Source: Lama guanicoe (Eukaryota). Taken from it: a stretch of DNA of 64,000 bases. The position numbers and the translations under genes are program-made. Where the stretch lies: the NCBI GenBank assembly GCA_013239625.1, contig MU053304.1:1488001-1552000 (forward strand), written 5' to 3'. Under the pieces are notes generated by a model that had not been told where the DNA came from, ran no database searches, and worked only from the letters and a program-made list of their open reading frames with translations. Positions 36,886 through 50,500 of this stretch are shown here, piece after piece. The stretch's first letter is position 1. Every line of letters begins with the position of its first letter.

Positions 36886-39800
36886 TACTAAAGCACACTT
36901 GGTGAGAGGATAGACACTTACTTTTCTGTCGCCTTTTGTTTGTTTTCGTTAACCTGGCTGGACAGTCAGATAACTGCGATTAGTCAAAATAGGAATTACT
37001 TTCAGAGAGATCTGGGTGTGAAGTGCAGACAGTTCCTTTGCCTAGTAGGTCTCCAGGTACCTTCTCAGGATCTGATGGAACTCCGTTTTACCCACCAGCT
37101 AATACTGTTTTCTACGTGCACAGTTGTGCCTCTTGAATAAAACTTCTCCCTTAAATGCTACTCAGTGTCATTTATTCATGAACAAATGAACTGGAAATGT
37201 CAAGTGCAGTTCAATGGCAACTGTATCTCAACCCACAAAATAAATAATTCAGTAAGAATATAAAGTTCTTAACATTGCTTAGAAAAAACGCTTACTCTTT
37301 CAACTCATGGGTTGAAAAACACCTGACTTCTGTATTATTATTGTTTCAAAGTCTTTCTTAAATATAGATGGGCTTTAGGAAAATGTCAGGTAGTGTTGTT
37401 TTATCTCATTAAACACATATCTCATTAAGCACGGATTGTAAGACCATGTTATTACTCATCTCGGCCAGGCCCATCCCTTATCAAGCTGCCTGGTTCTCGC
37501 CTTTCTGACTTTTTGGGACTCTGGGTACCACTACCAGGGAAAGAGGGAAGACCACCATCAAACATGCCTTCCGAACTCTTCCTAACTTCGTCCTCCTAGC
37601 CCTTTTGACAGGGTAGCTCTTTTCTGGGCTGTGAGCTTTGGAGAGCAAGGGTTACCCCATCCCCTTCCATCCCCAGCCACACTGTCTTCTCACGGTGGGA
37701 GAGGAGGGTGGTGGGAAACACATACCAAAGCCTACAGCCCAACACGGACTACGCTTCCCAAGGAAAGTGGTTCTGAGTCGCCACTAATCTACTAGAGGCA
37801 AGAAACTGATCCAAATGATGTTTAAAAGATAGAAGGACCTTTACATTCTTATAATATAGTTAATGTATGTTTATTTAGATTTTTTTAACCAAAAAGATCA
37901 ATAAAAAGAAGGGGAAATTACTTGGAAGACCATCATCCAAAGAGAAATAATCTCCATCAACATTTTTGTTTCACTCCAGTCTTTTTTTCCTACAGATACA
38001 TGTTTTTAACAACAGCAACAAAAAAGGGATTATTTCATGTGTCCCGTTTTCTGACCCCTCCCAAAGTATAATTCACACCTTAGTGTGCCCTTCTTTCTAT
38101 GTCTTCAAAGCGTCTGGACAGTTCTATTGTTGATGGTGGCCGTGCATTGCATGGCTATACCATGACTGATTTATTTAACACCTCCTCTAATGTTGGATAT
38201 TGGAGATGTTTGCAGGGTTTTCTTGTTGCTGCTGCTGTTGTTACTATTTCAAGGTTTCACTATTATAATTTAGCTGAATTGTGAAGGATGAGCAGAAGAG
38301 GACCAGGAGGTCAGAAGGAGGGAAGTATGTTCCCGAAAGAGGGAAGAAGGGGAGGTCGGAGAGACTGTGCCAAGGTCAGGGAGCTGCAGGTGCTTCAGCC
38401 GGGCTGGAGAGCAGAGCGCAAGAGTGAGGAACGGGAGGAGGGACCCAGCAGAGCGGCTGATAAAGCGAGAGGAGAACCTGGCAGTGGGGGAGTTTGGACT
38501 TGATCTGAAAGATAATTTGACAGGATGGGGAAGTTACCTGGTAAGGCAGCATTCAATCACTCCCAGCAGCCTGGGTAACGGAGAGGTGGAGGGAAGGACC
38601 CAGCAGAGAGCAGCAATGTGGGCAGGAAGTGTAGTGGTTGAGAACTGGATGGCTGTTGAAGAGATACAATAATTTTAAAAGATAAAAAATAATGATTATG
38701 AGAGAAAGGAAAAGTCAAGATGAGCCCCAGGACAGATCCATTAAATTGCTGTTCCACTGGCATCCTTGGTTCCTCAGCGTCCGTTTCTTCCCAACAAACT
38801 CAGTCCAGGAATTAGCGAACTTTTCCTATAAAGGGGCAGAGAATATTTTAAGTTTGCAGGTCACCTAGCCCTTGAAAAGGTAAAAACAATTCTTAAGTCA
38901 GAGATATATAGAAAGAGGGTGTGCAGATTGCCACAAGATGCTTCAAAAGAGGCTGGGCACTGTCCATTTGGCCAAGTGTAACTGCTTCTCTGTCCTGCTC
39001 ATCCACAGCACAACCCTGCAGAGAAGAGCCCCAGGACAGAGGGGTGCCTAGAGTACCTGGGGCCTTTTTTCACACCACCTTCCTCCACTGCAACAAAATG
39101 ATCTTCAGTAATAATCACATGTAATGATCAGGAATAATCATTACTTTCTTATTTGTTCTTCTATTGTGAAATAATTACTTGGGGGGAACAAAAAGAATCG
39201 ACTTCCATTTTAAAGACGTTATTCAAATTGAGTGAAGCATTTCATGTACTGACTGCAAATTTCACTTTTCATATCAAAGATTTTCATTGTGCAGTCTTGC
39301 TCTCTGTTTTGCTTTTTTTAAATTTTAAACAAAAAGAAAGTCTCCAGGTGGGCACATAGAATGACACAAGTGAAGGAGCTGGCGTTCCTGTCTTTGTCCC
39401 CACCATAACTGAGCTGTCACAGTCCATCACGGATGTCCTGCTACAGGCAGGCAGGGTGGGACACTGCAGGCACCGCAGACCCAAATTCAGCCAAGGGGAA
39501 GCGCCAGCAATTCTGAACTCTTAGAAACTTGTTCTCAAAACACATGTGTACAGCTGGGGTCCCACGTGAGCCAGGGTCCACTGTATAACCATCAGTTCTC
39601 CGAGATAATGTCCCTGTAGAACACAGTGTTTACAAAAGCATGGCAACCAAAGCATGCTGATTTCAAGCTTACAGAGCCTGGAAACAGCATTATTTGGAAC
39701 TTTGACCAGTGAAGAATTCTTTTCAGAGAAGAGTATTTTATCAATGACATTGTCTAGGATCGCAGGCACGTATGTGGTCAGAGAAAAACAGACCAGCTTT

Positions 39801-41305
39801 TAGTCAGCGTTTCTCATTGCAGACTTCTGGGGCAGAGTGCTCCCTCTGCTCTGTCCGCGGTGCTCCATTGCCCGTGGCTTTGCAGCGGTGCCCTGCAGGG
39901 CTCAGCTCGCCTTCAGGGCCACCCAACAATCATTTCCACTTGTCTTCAACAACAGTTTCTTTCATTAGCCTGAACATTGAGACCCTGACATAACTACCAT
40001 TCCCCTCATTCTCAGCCAATGGTCTAGCTTCCATACTTAACCAAGAAATTAGACCAACAGGTATAACTTTCATCCCACTGCTTCCCGTCTTATCCCCACT
40101 CACCTGCCTGCTTCCTCCAGTCTCAGAGTTTGGGTCCCTCTTCCTGATCAAGACTAACCCTGTCCCATCACCTCTGGGATTAGTCGTTCTCTCTCTCTAT
40201 TTCTCTCTCTCCCTCTGTTTTGCTCCTTATCTTCAGTTCTTATGCACACACTTCATTCTCATCCTGAAAAGTAAAACAAACCCAGAGACCTCCCCTGACC
40301 TGGCATCACCCGCCCCCCATCTCCATCCGGCCACCCTCCTCTTGTTGGGATATCCTGAGAGATGGACCTTGCAAAGCGCAGGTAACATCTTGTCTCTTCC
40401 TAGAGCAGATTGAGCCACCAACTGTTCATTATGTACAAGACGAACTCTAAGGTCTTTATCCGGCACATCAGGCTTTACAAGATCTTGCCCCTGGCTTCCT
40501 GGCAACCTGCACATCACTGTAGTATCCAAATTTCTTTAATCTGATTTCCTATTTTCTAAGGAACTTTCTAGCTTCCCAGGTAAATGCTGGGAATGGGGGT
40601 GGGTGGAGGAGGTAAAAGTATGTCTTGTATATCAGACATAATTATCACCATTATTAGAAAACTATCTCCCGTTCTAAGATGATAAATTGCCCTTCTCCTT
40701 TACCAAACCCTCCTGAGTTGGGGTTGTGTGAGTCAGTCCCCATGAGGCTAACCCGTGCTGGCTGCGCTGAACAAACTGAACGCTGGGACTCACGAAACTA
40801 AGAACCATATGCGCTGCCAGGAGCCCCACCAAGGCCAAGCTGTACCCTGCCTAAGGCCAGGCGTCTTCCTCCTCTGACATCGTTGTTGTCACTTATCAGT
40901 ATCCATCTCAATAAGGGACAGAAGGCATGGGCTTTGGTATCAGGAATAGCTGGGTTCAATGCCCGAGTTCCTGTCGAGCCATCTACCTGCTGTCCATGAA
41001 AACTTTGGAAGGGCACTTCACTTCTCTGAGTCTATTTCATTTCTTTAAAATAGGGATGGTAATACTTACATTAGGATGACTGTAAAGATGAAACAAGTTT
41101 CATAAAAAGCACTTGGTCCTGTGAGAAAGTGAGGAGTGTTCCCAAATCTGTGCAATGACGAAGATTAATAGAAAGGTCTGATGTGATGACTGCGGCCACT
41201 TTGGCTGTGATGAGGAGGTAGAGCTGTCCAAAGGAGATGGGGGTATTTTTTGTCTTGATGTTCAATGAAGTTGTTTGTCATATGTATTTCAGAAACTCTT
41301 GGAAA

Positions 41306-41564
41306 ATGTATACAAGTCATGAAGACATTGGGTATGATTTTGAAGATGACCCCAAGGATAAGAAGACACTTAAACCCCACCCAAACATTGATGGCGGATG
41401 GGCTTGGATGATGGTCCTTTCCTCTTTCTTTGTGCACATCCTCATCATGGGCTCCCAGATGGCCCTGGGAGTCCTCAACGTGGAGTGGCTTGAAGAGTTC
41501 CATCAGAGCCGCGGCCTGACGGCGTGGGTCAGCTCCCTCAGCATGGGCGTCACCTTGATCGTGG
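41306..41564 (+). CDS. SLC16A14: SLC16A14 first coding exon (exon 2; exon starts 41293, ATG 41306)
   Basis: Acceptor tatgtatttcAG (41291-41292); ATG at 41306; encodes MYTSHED...DGGWAWMMVLSSFFVHILIMGSQMALG...SLSMGVTLIV-G; donor GTGG|gtacgt at 41565. Confidence 0.96.
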
Positions 41565-44500
41565 GTACGTTCTGGTGTGACCTGTCATGAAACTCAGTCA
41601 TTATACAATGGCAGTTCCTCACCGGAAGGAAAGGTTTATATTGTTGAAACATTAGATGTTTGACTTTAGTGGATGTTACTATTGTTTTTATTGTGGTAAA
41701 ATATATACAACAGAAAGCTTATCATTTTAACCATTTTTAGGTATAGGATTCAGTGCCATTGAGTAGCTTCATCAACACTATTCATCTCCAGAACTCTCTG
41801 CATTTTCCTGAACTGAAACTCTGCCCCCATTAAGCAATAACTCCCCATTGCCGCCTCTCTCCCAATCCCCTGCCCCTGGCCACTGCCACTCTATTTTCTG
41901 TCCCTAGAATTTGATTACTCTGAGGACCTCATACAAGTGGAATCATACCAGATTTGTCCTTTTGTGGGATATAGCTATTTGAAGATTGTAAATATTTGGA
42001 GTTTTTAAAACATTGATGATTAAAATACTCTCTTTTGCCCCCAAGTCTGTTTTCTTAACTGTTATAATGTATTATCTGTCATTATAAATCTGTTTAACAC
42101 TTGAGAGTCTTTTTCAAAGATAAAACTTTCAGAGACAACACAGTAAAAGTAAATAGCAATTTTATTTCAGAGCTCTGATGTTTGAAATTTGAAACATTGA
42201 TTCTATGTTCTTGAAAAATCTATGAAACTGTTTCTAAGGACGGTTATTGATCTAGCTAACAGGAGGAAATGATGACATATTCTTGTATCTTGTAGTTTAA
42301 CCTAACCACGCAGCAATCTATGAAAGCAATTCTTACCCAGTTGGAGATACTAAGCCAGAAAGTTATTATAAATATGACATGTTATTATGGCTAATGTGCT
42401 TCAGTTTTGGAACTAAACAACTTTTACTGTCAACTAACATTTAATAAGCATCTATTATACACCACGTGCATGCCATTACATCATCTTGTTTGATTTTATT
42501 TCATTCTCTTAACAATTTTATGAGGTCATTACCGCTATACCCTTAAGCTGCTGTTGCATCACTTGAAAGTAAAAGCTATACTTTTACATCTAATTTTTTA
42601 AAGTATTCGTAATATATTTTATGCTAGAAACATAAATGACTTTAAGTCTTTTCCTGTTTTTGTGAGAGTATGTGTATGGCAGGCATGTGTGTGTTTGGCG
42701 AGTGTCTGTGCATTGTCAGGGATTTCCACATTCGTAATTAATTGCTTGAATTCAACTCAGAGAGTTGTTGATCTTGGCCTTTCTTCAGCCAGTGTTACTT
42801 TGGATAATACAAGCAACATTAATAACAGTGGCAGCGCTAATGACAAAAAACAAGGACAGAGTGTTGCTTCTCAAGATGTGTGCAGGGGGTATGTGTTTAT
42901 CAAAGGGAATTATTACTGATTTAGTCTTTTTTTTAATTTTCTTATTTTATTTCTACTTTTTGGAGGGGGGAGGTAATTAGGTTTATTTATTTAATTATTA
43001 TTATTTGTTTTAATGGACATACTGGGGATTGAACCTGGGACCTCATGCATGCTAAGCATGCGCTCTACCACTTGAGCTATACCCTCCCCGCTACTGATCT
43101 AGTTTAACGGTTAAATAAGGGCAGCGTTATGTGGGTGAGAGAATCGCTGCAAGATCATTTTTGCCTATAACCTTAATGAACTGATTTTGTCAACCCCGCC
43201 TTGGCTGTGTTCAAACTAGGACTGTCTTATCCTATGAAACGTATGGGGAGGTTAACCTCAGTGTAGGGAACTTGCTTGTCTTATGTTGGATGTGATTCTG
43301 CCTTCTCAATAAGTCAGGAAAGGAAAACTGTGCTTTTCAAATACTTAAAATCCAGTTTTCTTATCTTTTAAAAGTAAATGTTTATCAGGTAGAACAACAT
43401 ACTTAACGATTCAATCCAGGAAGGGTGTGCATGCAACAAAAAAAAGAAGATTCAGCCAAAGGCCAGGATATGAAATGTCTCAGTATTTTCCAAACCATCC
43501 AGTTAGGTCATCTTTGTTATTGTTTTGTGTTTGACAAGTTCTACAGGAATAAGCAATGGAATGTGGTTCTGAAGATGCTCCCCCAATCCAGAACTCCTAA
43601 CTCAGAGTGGTGAAGCGTGATTGTCATCTTTAACTGGGAGGTGACTGTGCACTCAGAACTCTGTTGGAGAGTCTTTGAATTCCAGACAGTGGAATCTCAG
43701 CTTGTAGACTAAGCTTTCTACAGGAAAGATGCCAACCAGATAAATGTCTTTTGCCTTGCGGCTCAGAAATTATAACACCGCAAGGCTCCTAGCTATATGA
43801 ATGAAAGTTATTTTATTCTATCAGTCATGACCCTAAATTGCTATTCCGTATCTTAAGCTGAATAGCAGGGTACAGGGTGGCGGCAGATATGTTGGGTACT
43901 TTTCCAAGCCAAAAGCCAGCAAAAACAGCTCTCCTTTATTGAGCACTTGATACATGCCAAGCACGTGTTATGACATGATCTCACTTGATCCTACAGCAGC
44001 CTTGGAGGCCAGACCATCATTTCTGTCTCGGAGAGGAGGACGTGCAACGCTTGGAGACATTAAGTAACTTACTGGAGATAACCAGTAAGTGTGGGACAGG
44101 CTTCAAACCTGGTCCATTGGACTCTGGAATGGTGTCTACCATCACACTGTCTGCCACTCCATCAAATGAGAACTGAAAATATGTGTGAAGGGAATAAATA
44201 TAAATTGTTTCCATTTTCTGATTATAAACATATTGAGTTACTTATTTTAAGTAAAAAAAAAAAACATGAACTAGGTTACAGGGTTGAAAGCCATCTCTCT
44301 TGAACAGTGACTCACACATGGGAAATTCAGTAATTTCATTCTTGTTTCACTCATTGCTAGCATGGATTTTGCCAGTTTCCTGCAGAAGTTCTCAATTTTT
44401 AACGAAATGTCATCACCTCAGTCAGATCTGTAGCAGCCTTTGTAATAGCTCTTCAAATAATTCTTGGTGGAAGCCGCATTGTTAGGGGAAGCTTAAGGCT

Positions 44501-47500
44501 GCAGAAGGCCACTTACTTGCTAAGTAGATTCAGAGCAGTGATTGACAATCCTGGCTACACATCAGATCCACCTGGGAGCTTTTAAAAACCCTGCCAACCT
44601 GGGCTGCACCTGGACCATTAAGTCAGAATCTCTTGGGACTCTAGCATCAGGATTTTTTTTTAAGCTCCTTCGTGACTCCAAGGTTCATCCAAGGCAGAAG
44701 ACCATTGATTTACTGCAGTGTAGGGTTACACCCCGAGACCAAGAGCTCAATAAACTACCTACTTTCATCAGTGATAGCATGCCAAGGCTCATCTCAGGTT
44801 GTTTCTCTCCTCACCTGAGCTTTTTACAACCTATGAGATGCTGGGATGGGCAAGAAATTATGACTTCATCAGCATGTTCCTGCAGCAATGCAACACGTAC
44901 CATGTGGGAAATGGGCCAAGATTCAGATTCCTTCCAAAGAGGAGAAAGTCTGAGAAGCTGTATAGTCTCATTCTGAAACGCTGAATCCCTCTCCAAAGGT
45001 GGGCATTCCAACGAAAGGACTGCACCTCAACCTTATTTTCCCCTCCTCTTAGGCTGTGTGTGAAGTTCTTCTCATTGTGTTGGATGGCAGATCCATCACA
45101 GAGATGCCAGCTGACCAGCAGTAAACAATGGTTAGAAAAAGAAACTGAGAAGCTGAAAGTTGGGATCTGACTTCCTTTTATTTGACAAATCTGTATTTTG
45201 TAACCATAGAGGAGTCAGCGTTTCTGGGACTGACTTTGCTCATTTGCAAATCATAAATGACTGTAGCCCCAGCACACATGGTGCCAGAGTCAACCAAGTA
45301 GAAAGCCGGACACTGTTATCAAATGCTCTTTTCAGTAAAGCAATTAATACTTTCTTTTTGATATAGAACATTCCTCCAGATATGAATGTGTACACTTACT
45401 TGGGGTTTTCTCCCCTTCCTCCCCCAAATGCGCTCTTAGTGCAATGTTTCATGAATACGTAGCATCACAAGAAACTTGCTTTGGGGCCCTTTCCCTAATG
45501 GGGAAGACACGATCATGCTCCTGAGCTGTTACCCACTGACCCTTCATCTCTTAAAGGCCTTTTAACAGCAAACCAGTGAATCATGTGTCTTTCTCTTGTT
45601 TGTCCACTCATCCGAGATTTAAAGTGGTGAAATGACCATAGGTTAGAAAAATAAAATATGTATAAAGAAATAAAAGATACCTCTTCAACATATGGTTTCT
45701 GAATTTCTTTATTTTATTTTATTTTATTTTTTTAATGGAAGTCCTGGGGATTGAACCCAGGACCTTGTTCATGTTAAGCATGCGCTCTGCCACTGGGCTA
45801 CACTCACACCCCTGGTTTCTGAATTTCAGGTGCCCCCAATAATTTCCTCAGATGTTTATGCCAATGTACTTAGTTTATACATTGTTTATATCATACTTTT
45901 TATATACATAACATGATATATTTATATAAAATATATTTACTGTATTACGTCTATTGTAAGAGGTTTATATACAGAATTATTTTCTGTAATGTAAATACTT
46001 CCTTATTAATTAAATTAATAAGTCTTTACCTTCATAATTTTGGGGATTAGACCCTCTCAAAATCATTAGACAAAAAAAATTTCATTAGCAGGCTGTGTAT
46101 CCAAATCTGCATGTGAATATAGTTAGAACTGTAAAGGAAAATTTTATTTTAGTTTGGACTAAAAGAGGAAGTTCCCTAGAGTTCAGCAAGCTTTTAACCT
46201 GAAATAGTCCCACCTGAATGGAGGGTTTCATAATTCTATAAAGTAATAATGATCAAAAATAAGATGACGTTTAAGTGCACCATCTTACTGAATGTTTAGT
46301 ATTCATTCATACTGTATGACTAAAATAGGGCTTGCAATTTGGACAAGGAATCACTGATCCCAAATCAAGCATTAAGCTTCAGTGACATCAGAAGTTATCA
46401 CAAAATTAGAAAGAAAGCAAAGGGGTTGACAAAAACTAGAGTGTCATAGTAATGTAAGAATTAGAATGTGTATCATGTCATACTGTCCTGCTCTGACTGT
46501 TGGCACACATTACACAACCAAGGGTATCCCTGAATCTCCACGCAGCAAAATAAACGCATCACCTGATGTGTCCGGCCAAGGACGGAGAATCGGCAGGGGC
46601 TGAAGTATGTGTGAAGTGATGAGAACTTCTTTCCAGCTTGGTTTGCATCTGAGTGTCCTCGTGAAAACAGGCTATAGGTTCCTTGCTTGAAGCATGGAAG
46701 TCCTCAGAACCCCCTTTCTGTACTCCCTTAAGGTCTGGAGTCAGAAAACTGGGATGTGTACAGAGGCCAAACAAGTCATGTAAAGAGGGCAGGAGGCCAA
46801 ATAAAAGACTAAAGAGAAGGATGGAGACTATGGCAAACCAGAGAGGGTGTGACACAGCTGAACGTGGTCAGCTACTACACAGCTCCAGCTGATTCGGGCT
46901 GTGTGGGGAGGTATTCTGTGTTGCCACCGGATTTTGTGTGCGTGTGTGAATTCTCTTAATTTTTAAAAAATATTGGCAACTGATTCAAAACGTTTTTAAA
47001 CTTTGCTCTGGATAAACAAAATGCATCCACAGGCTGGATAGAGCCTCTAAACCAGTAGGTTAGGACCTCTGTTGTAGGTAAGAGAATGAATCCATTTCTC
47101 TATTTATTTCAGATCTGCCTTCCTTGAAAACCCAGAGTCTTGGGTCCTTCGGTGAAATTATTGAAATCTATCTTTGTGTGCTGGAAGCTTTCTGCACATA
47201 AAGCAATGGGGCTTTTCGGTCTGTTTTCTTTAACAGCTTCTGTCTTCACATAAGGAGTCCCTAAGAAAGCATGAGGCTAGAATGCCGTTAGTCAGTTCCT
47301 TTCTTAATGTTCCGTGACAGGACCTTTCATCGGCTTGTTCATCAACACGTGCGGGTGCCGCCGGACGGCGATCGTCGGAGGGCTGCTGAACTCGCTGGGC
47401 TGGGTGCTGAGCGCCTACGCTGCTAACGTGCACTGCCTCTTCATTACCTTCGGAGTCGCAGCTGGTAAGCATTGTGGGCTTTTTGAAACTTGATTTTAAA

Positions 47501-50500
47501 TGCTGCTATGGGGCATGTCGGCAAGGAATTTAATTGTGAAAAACAGAGACCCATTAAAATAGTTTGCCCTTTGTCTCCTCCATCCCACCCCACCCTGATC
47601 CTATCCTCCAGGAAATACTTTTTAATATGAGATAAAAATATGCCTTGAGCATGAGCAAACAACTAACAGCTGTACTTTGTCTCCCGTAATAGAACGGAAT
47701 TAAATTTTCCATACCTGGTTCTAAGTGCTCGTCCTTTCTCTTATACCAATACAGATGTATTAGTAACATCCTCTCATTTAATAACTGCAGAATCTGGCGT
47801 GAATCAGAGAAAAACCATTTTCTCCTTCAGCCCTATTCAAATTAATGAAATAGCAGCAAAACCCACATAGATGTAGAGACCCTAAGAAGCAAAACTAAAT
47901 CTAAAGCACACAGTGTCAGTCCCCAGGGGATATGTAAAAATTGGCTGCCAGGCAGCACGGTTTGCATATCCGTTCTGCAAAATACATTCCCAGCTGTAAT
48001 TTCCTTTATCAACAGGTAGCAGAATGCATGCAGATAAGTAGTTTCTTAGGTGAACAGTTGTATTTCGGTGAACCGGATCTAGCCTGACTTTTTTGAGTAC
48101 AGGGCTACAATCCTAAAAAATAACACATTGATGACAGTGTTTGCGTAAGAGTTCAGACGTAGAGTTTGGAATTCTTGCTTTTTTTCCCCACTTATTATCT
48201 GTGTAACTTTGGGGCAATGACTTAACTTACTTATGCCTCATTTTCCTTATCTGTGAAATGGCCTAATTAAGAGGGCTTGGTTTACAGTGTTGTTGAAATG
48301 ATTCTATGAGATCATCTGTAAGAAGCACTTAGGACAGTGCTTGGCCATCATAAAGTGCTGAGCAAATGTTAGCTAATATACAATTGTTTTATATATAGTA
48401 TTTTATTATATCATAAGCATAAGTATATGCTTTATGGTAACAAGAGAAGGTGAACACAAAAATCGACTGTCCATGTAAGTTGACAGGTTAGTTCTGTCTT
48501 GGACATCTGTCCACATGTTCACCGAAAGCTCTTCTGTCTCCTGTGAAGCCTGGTTTGAAAACCATTGATCTGGAGGACTTGATAACAGTTCTTAAAGAAC
48601 AACATAAGATATTTCCCCTGAGTGTTTTAGAAACTTTGCCCCATAACAGTCCGATGAATAGTGCTGGCATGAGGGTTTTTACATTATAGGTGAGGAAATA
48701 AACTCCTCCTGCTAAGACTCAGGAGCTACACTGGGGTCTCTGGGCAGACAGGTGGGAGCCCCTAAGAACTTGATCTGTGGTGTGTGGTTGTCTGGACTAT
48801 GCTTGATCCTAAACACCAGGATTTGAAATCTATTCCCATCAGTTAGAGATGTCTATGGGTAAACTCTGTCTTTAAACAGAATTTTATTCCTTGCGGTTAG
48901 TTACTTGCTTTTTGATCCTCAAATAATATCTCCATATTCATTCATTTATTCATTCACTTATTTATTCAACAAATATTTATGGATACAAGGAAGTAGGGGA
49001 AAAAATCAGGAGGCCAGTGAAAGTGTTTCTTGAGACACTTTATGGCTCCCACTTTTTATACAGGAAACACTCAAAGAAAGTCTCTGAAAAATGAATGTAT
49101 CCCCCTCCTCCACAAATACACATATGTAAGTATGTTTAAGTGGAAAACCAAGCTAAGTCAGTTAGTTTGTATGCTGCTGGACTGTCATTAGGCAAGTTGA
49201 AGCTGATTGACCCATTTAATAGAAAAGAAAAAATTCAGATGGAAAGATCTACAAAAAGCAAGTGATCTAGATCTAGATACATATATAAATAACTGTATGA
49301 CTTGTGTTTGAAAGAAACTTTGTTGACATCTTTCTTCATCACAAAAGGCATTTGAAGCAGGTTTATTCATACTTGTTTTTCTTAACATCTAGGCAATTAA
49401 CATTGTGGGGAGTGTTCTCCTATTAAGCAGGAAATTAATGTCTGTCCGAGCGATCTTACTTAGCCAGGAGTCTGGACACATTTCATCAGTTTTGCCAGAG
49501 CTCCATTCTCTTAAACTTGGCTCCAGGAGACCCCTTTCCCCACATCCATGCTGACCGGGAGCACAGGATGTCCTCTCCCCCTCTGGCCTGTCTTCTTCCT
49601 CCACCTGGCCTGGAGGGAGGAAGCCTCGCCTCTAAACCTGAGTGTGCTGGAGAACTGGTCCAGGGACCTGCCCCGGGCTGGACGTTAACAGGGCCTCGCC
49701 GGACTGCTGGACTTGAGCCTGAATATCCCCAAGGCCTGTCCTATACACTCATAGCATAACTGTGCTGGTTATGAATAACAAAGTCACATTAAGAAGGGGG
49801 TTGCCATTAAGGGCCTGGATAGTGCAACAGGGAAATGAATGCTTGTAGCACTGGACCCAGGTTTTTTTTCCCTCACACAAGGGAGCATTTATTATTTAAA
49901 GTAAGTTATAATTGATGGTACGCATGCTTTCGTCCCTCAATTCTGTCCCTATTAGTCATTTCATTCTGCTGCTGTTCGGAGATCGAGAACCACATTAAAT
50001 TTAACATGTTGGTTACTTTCAGTGACAAATCAAATTTTAAAAATTAAGCTTGCATGCCATCAGTAAAATCCAGAATGACAAAAGTAATAGACAAATGATC
50101 CAGTTTCTTCCACAAGTAAACTGTGAGCGAAAAAAAAAGAGAAAGAGAAATTAAGATACTTAAAATATGTATCAACAAATATGCCGGCCTTACTTGGATC
50201 CTGATTTAAACATTTTTTAAAAAATATAGTCATTTATGAGACAATTGGAAATTTAAACCCCTTCTGGACATTTTATGATAAGGAATTATTCATTTTTTCA
50301 GATAATGATATGATTATGTAGTTTAAAGAATTCTTCTATTTAGGGATTTATACTAAAATATTTGCACATGAAATGATATATTTGCGGTTTGTTTCAAAAT
50401 AATATGAAGGAAGGGGTGTGTGTGTGTGTGTGTTTGTATGTGTTGACGTGGGGGCAGGGTTTAGGACAAGAATTGCCAGGAGTTGATAATTGTTGAAGCT

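Noticed and set aside
41237..41305. In-frame upstream ATGs extending MCT14 by up to 23 aa
   Set aside because: They lie 5' of the splice acceptor at 41291-41292, so they are intronic; the ATG at 41306 gives the expected 510 aa.
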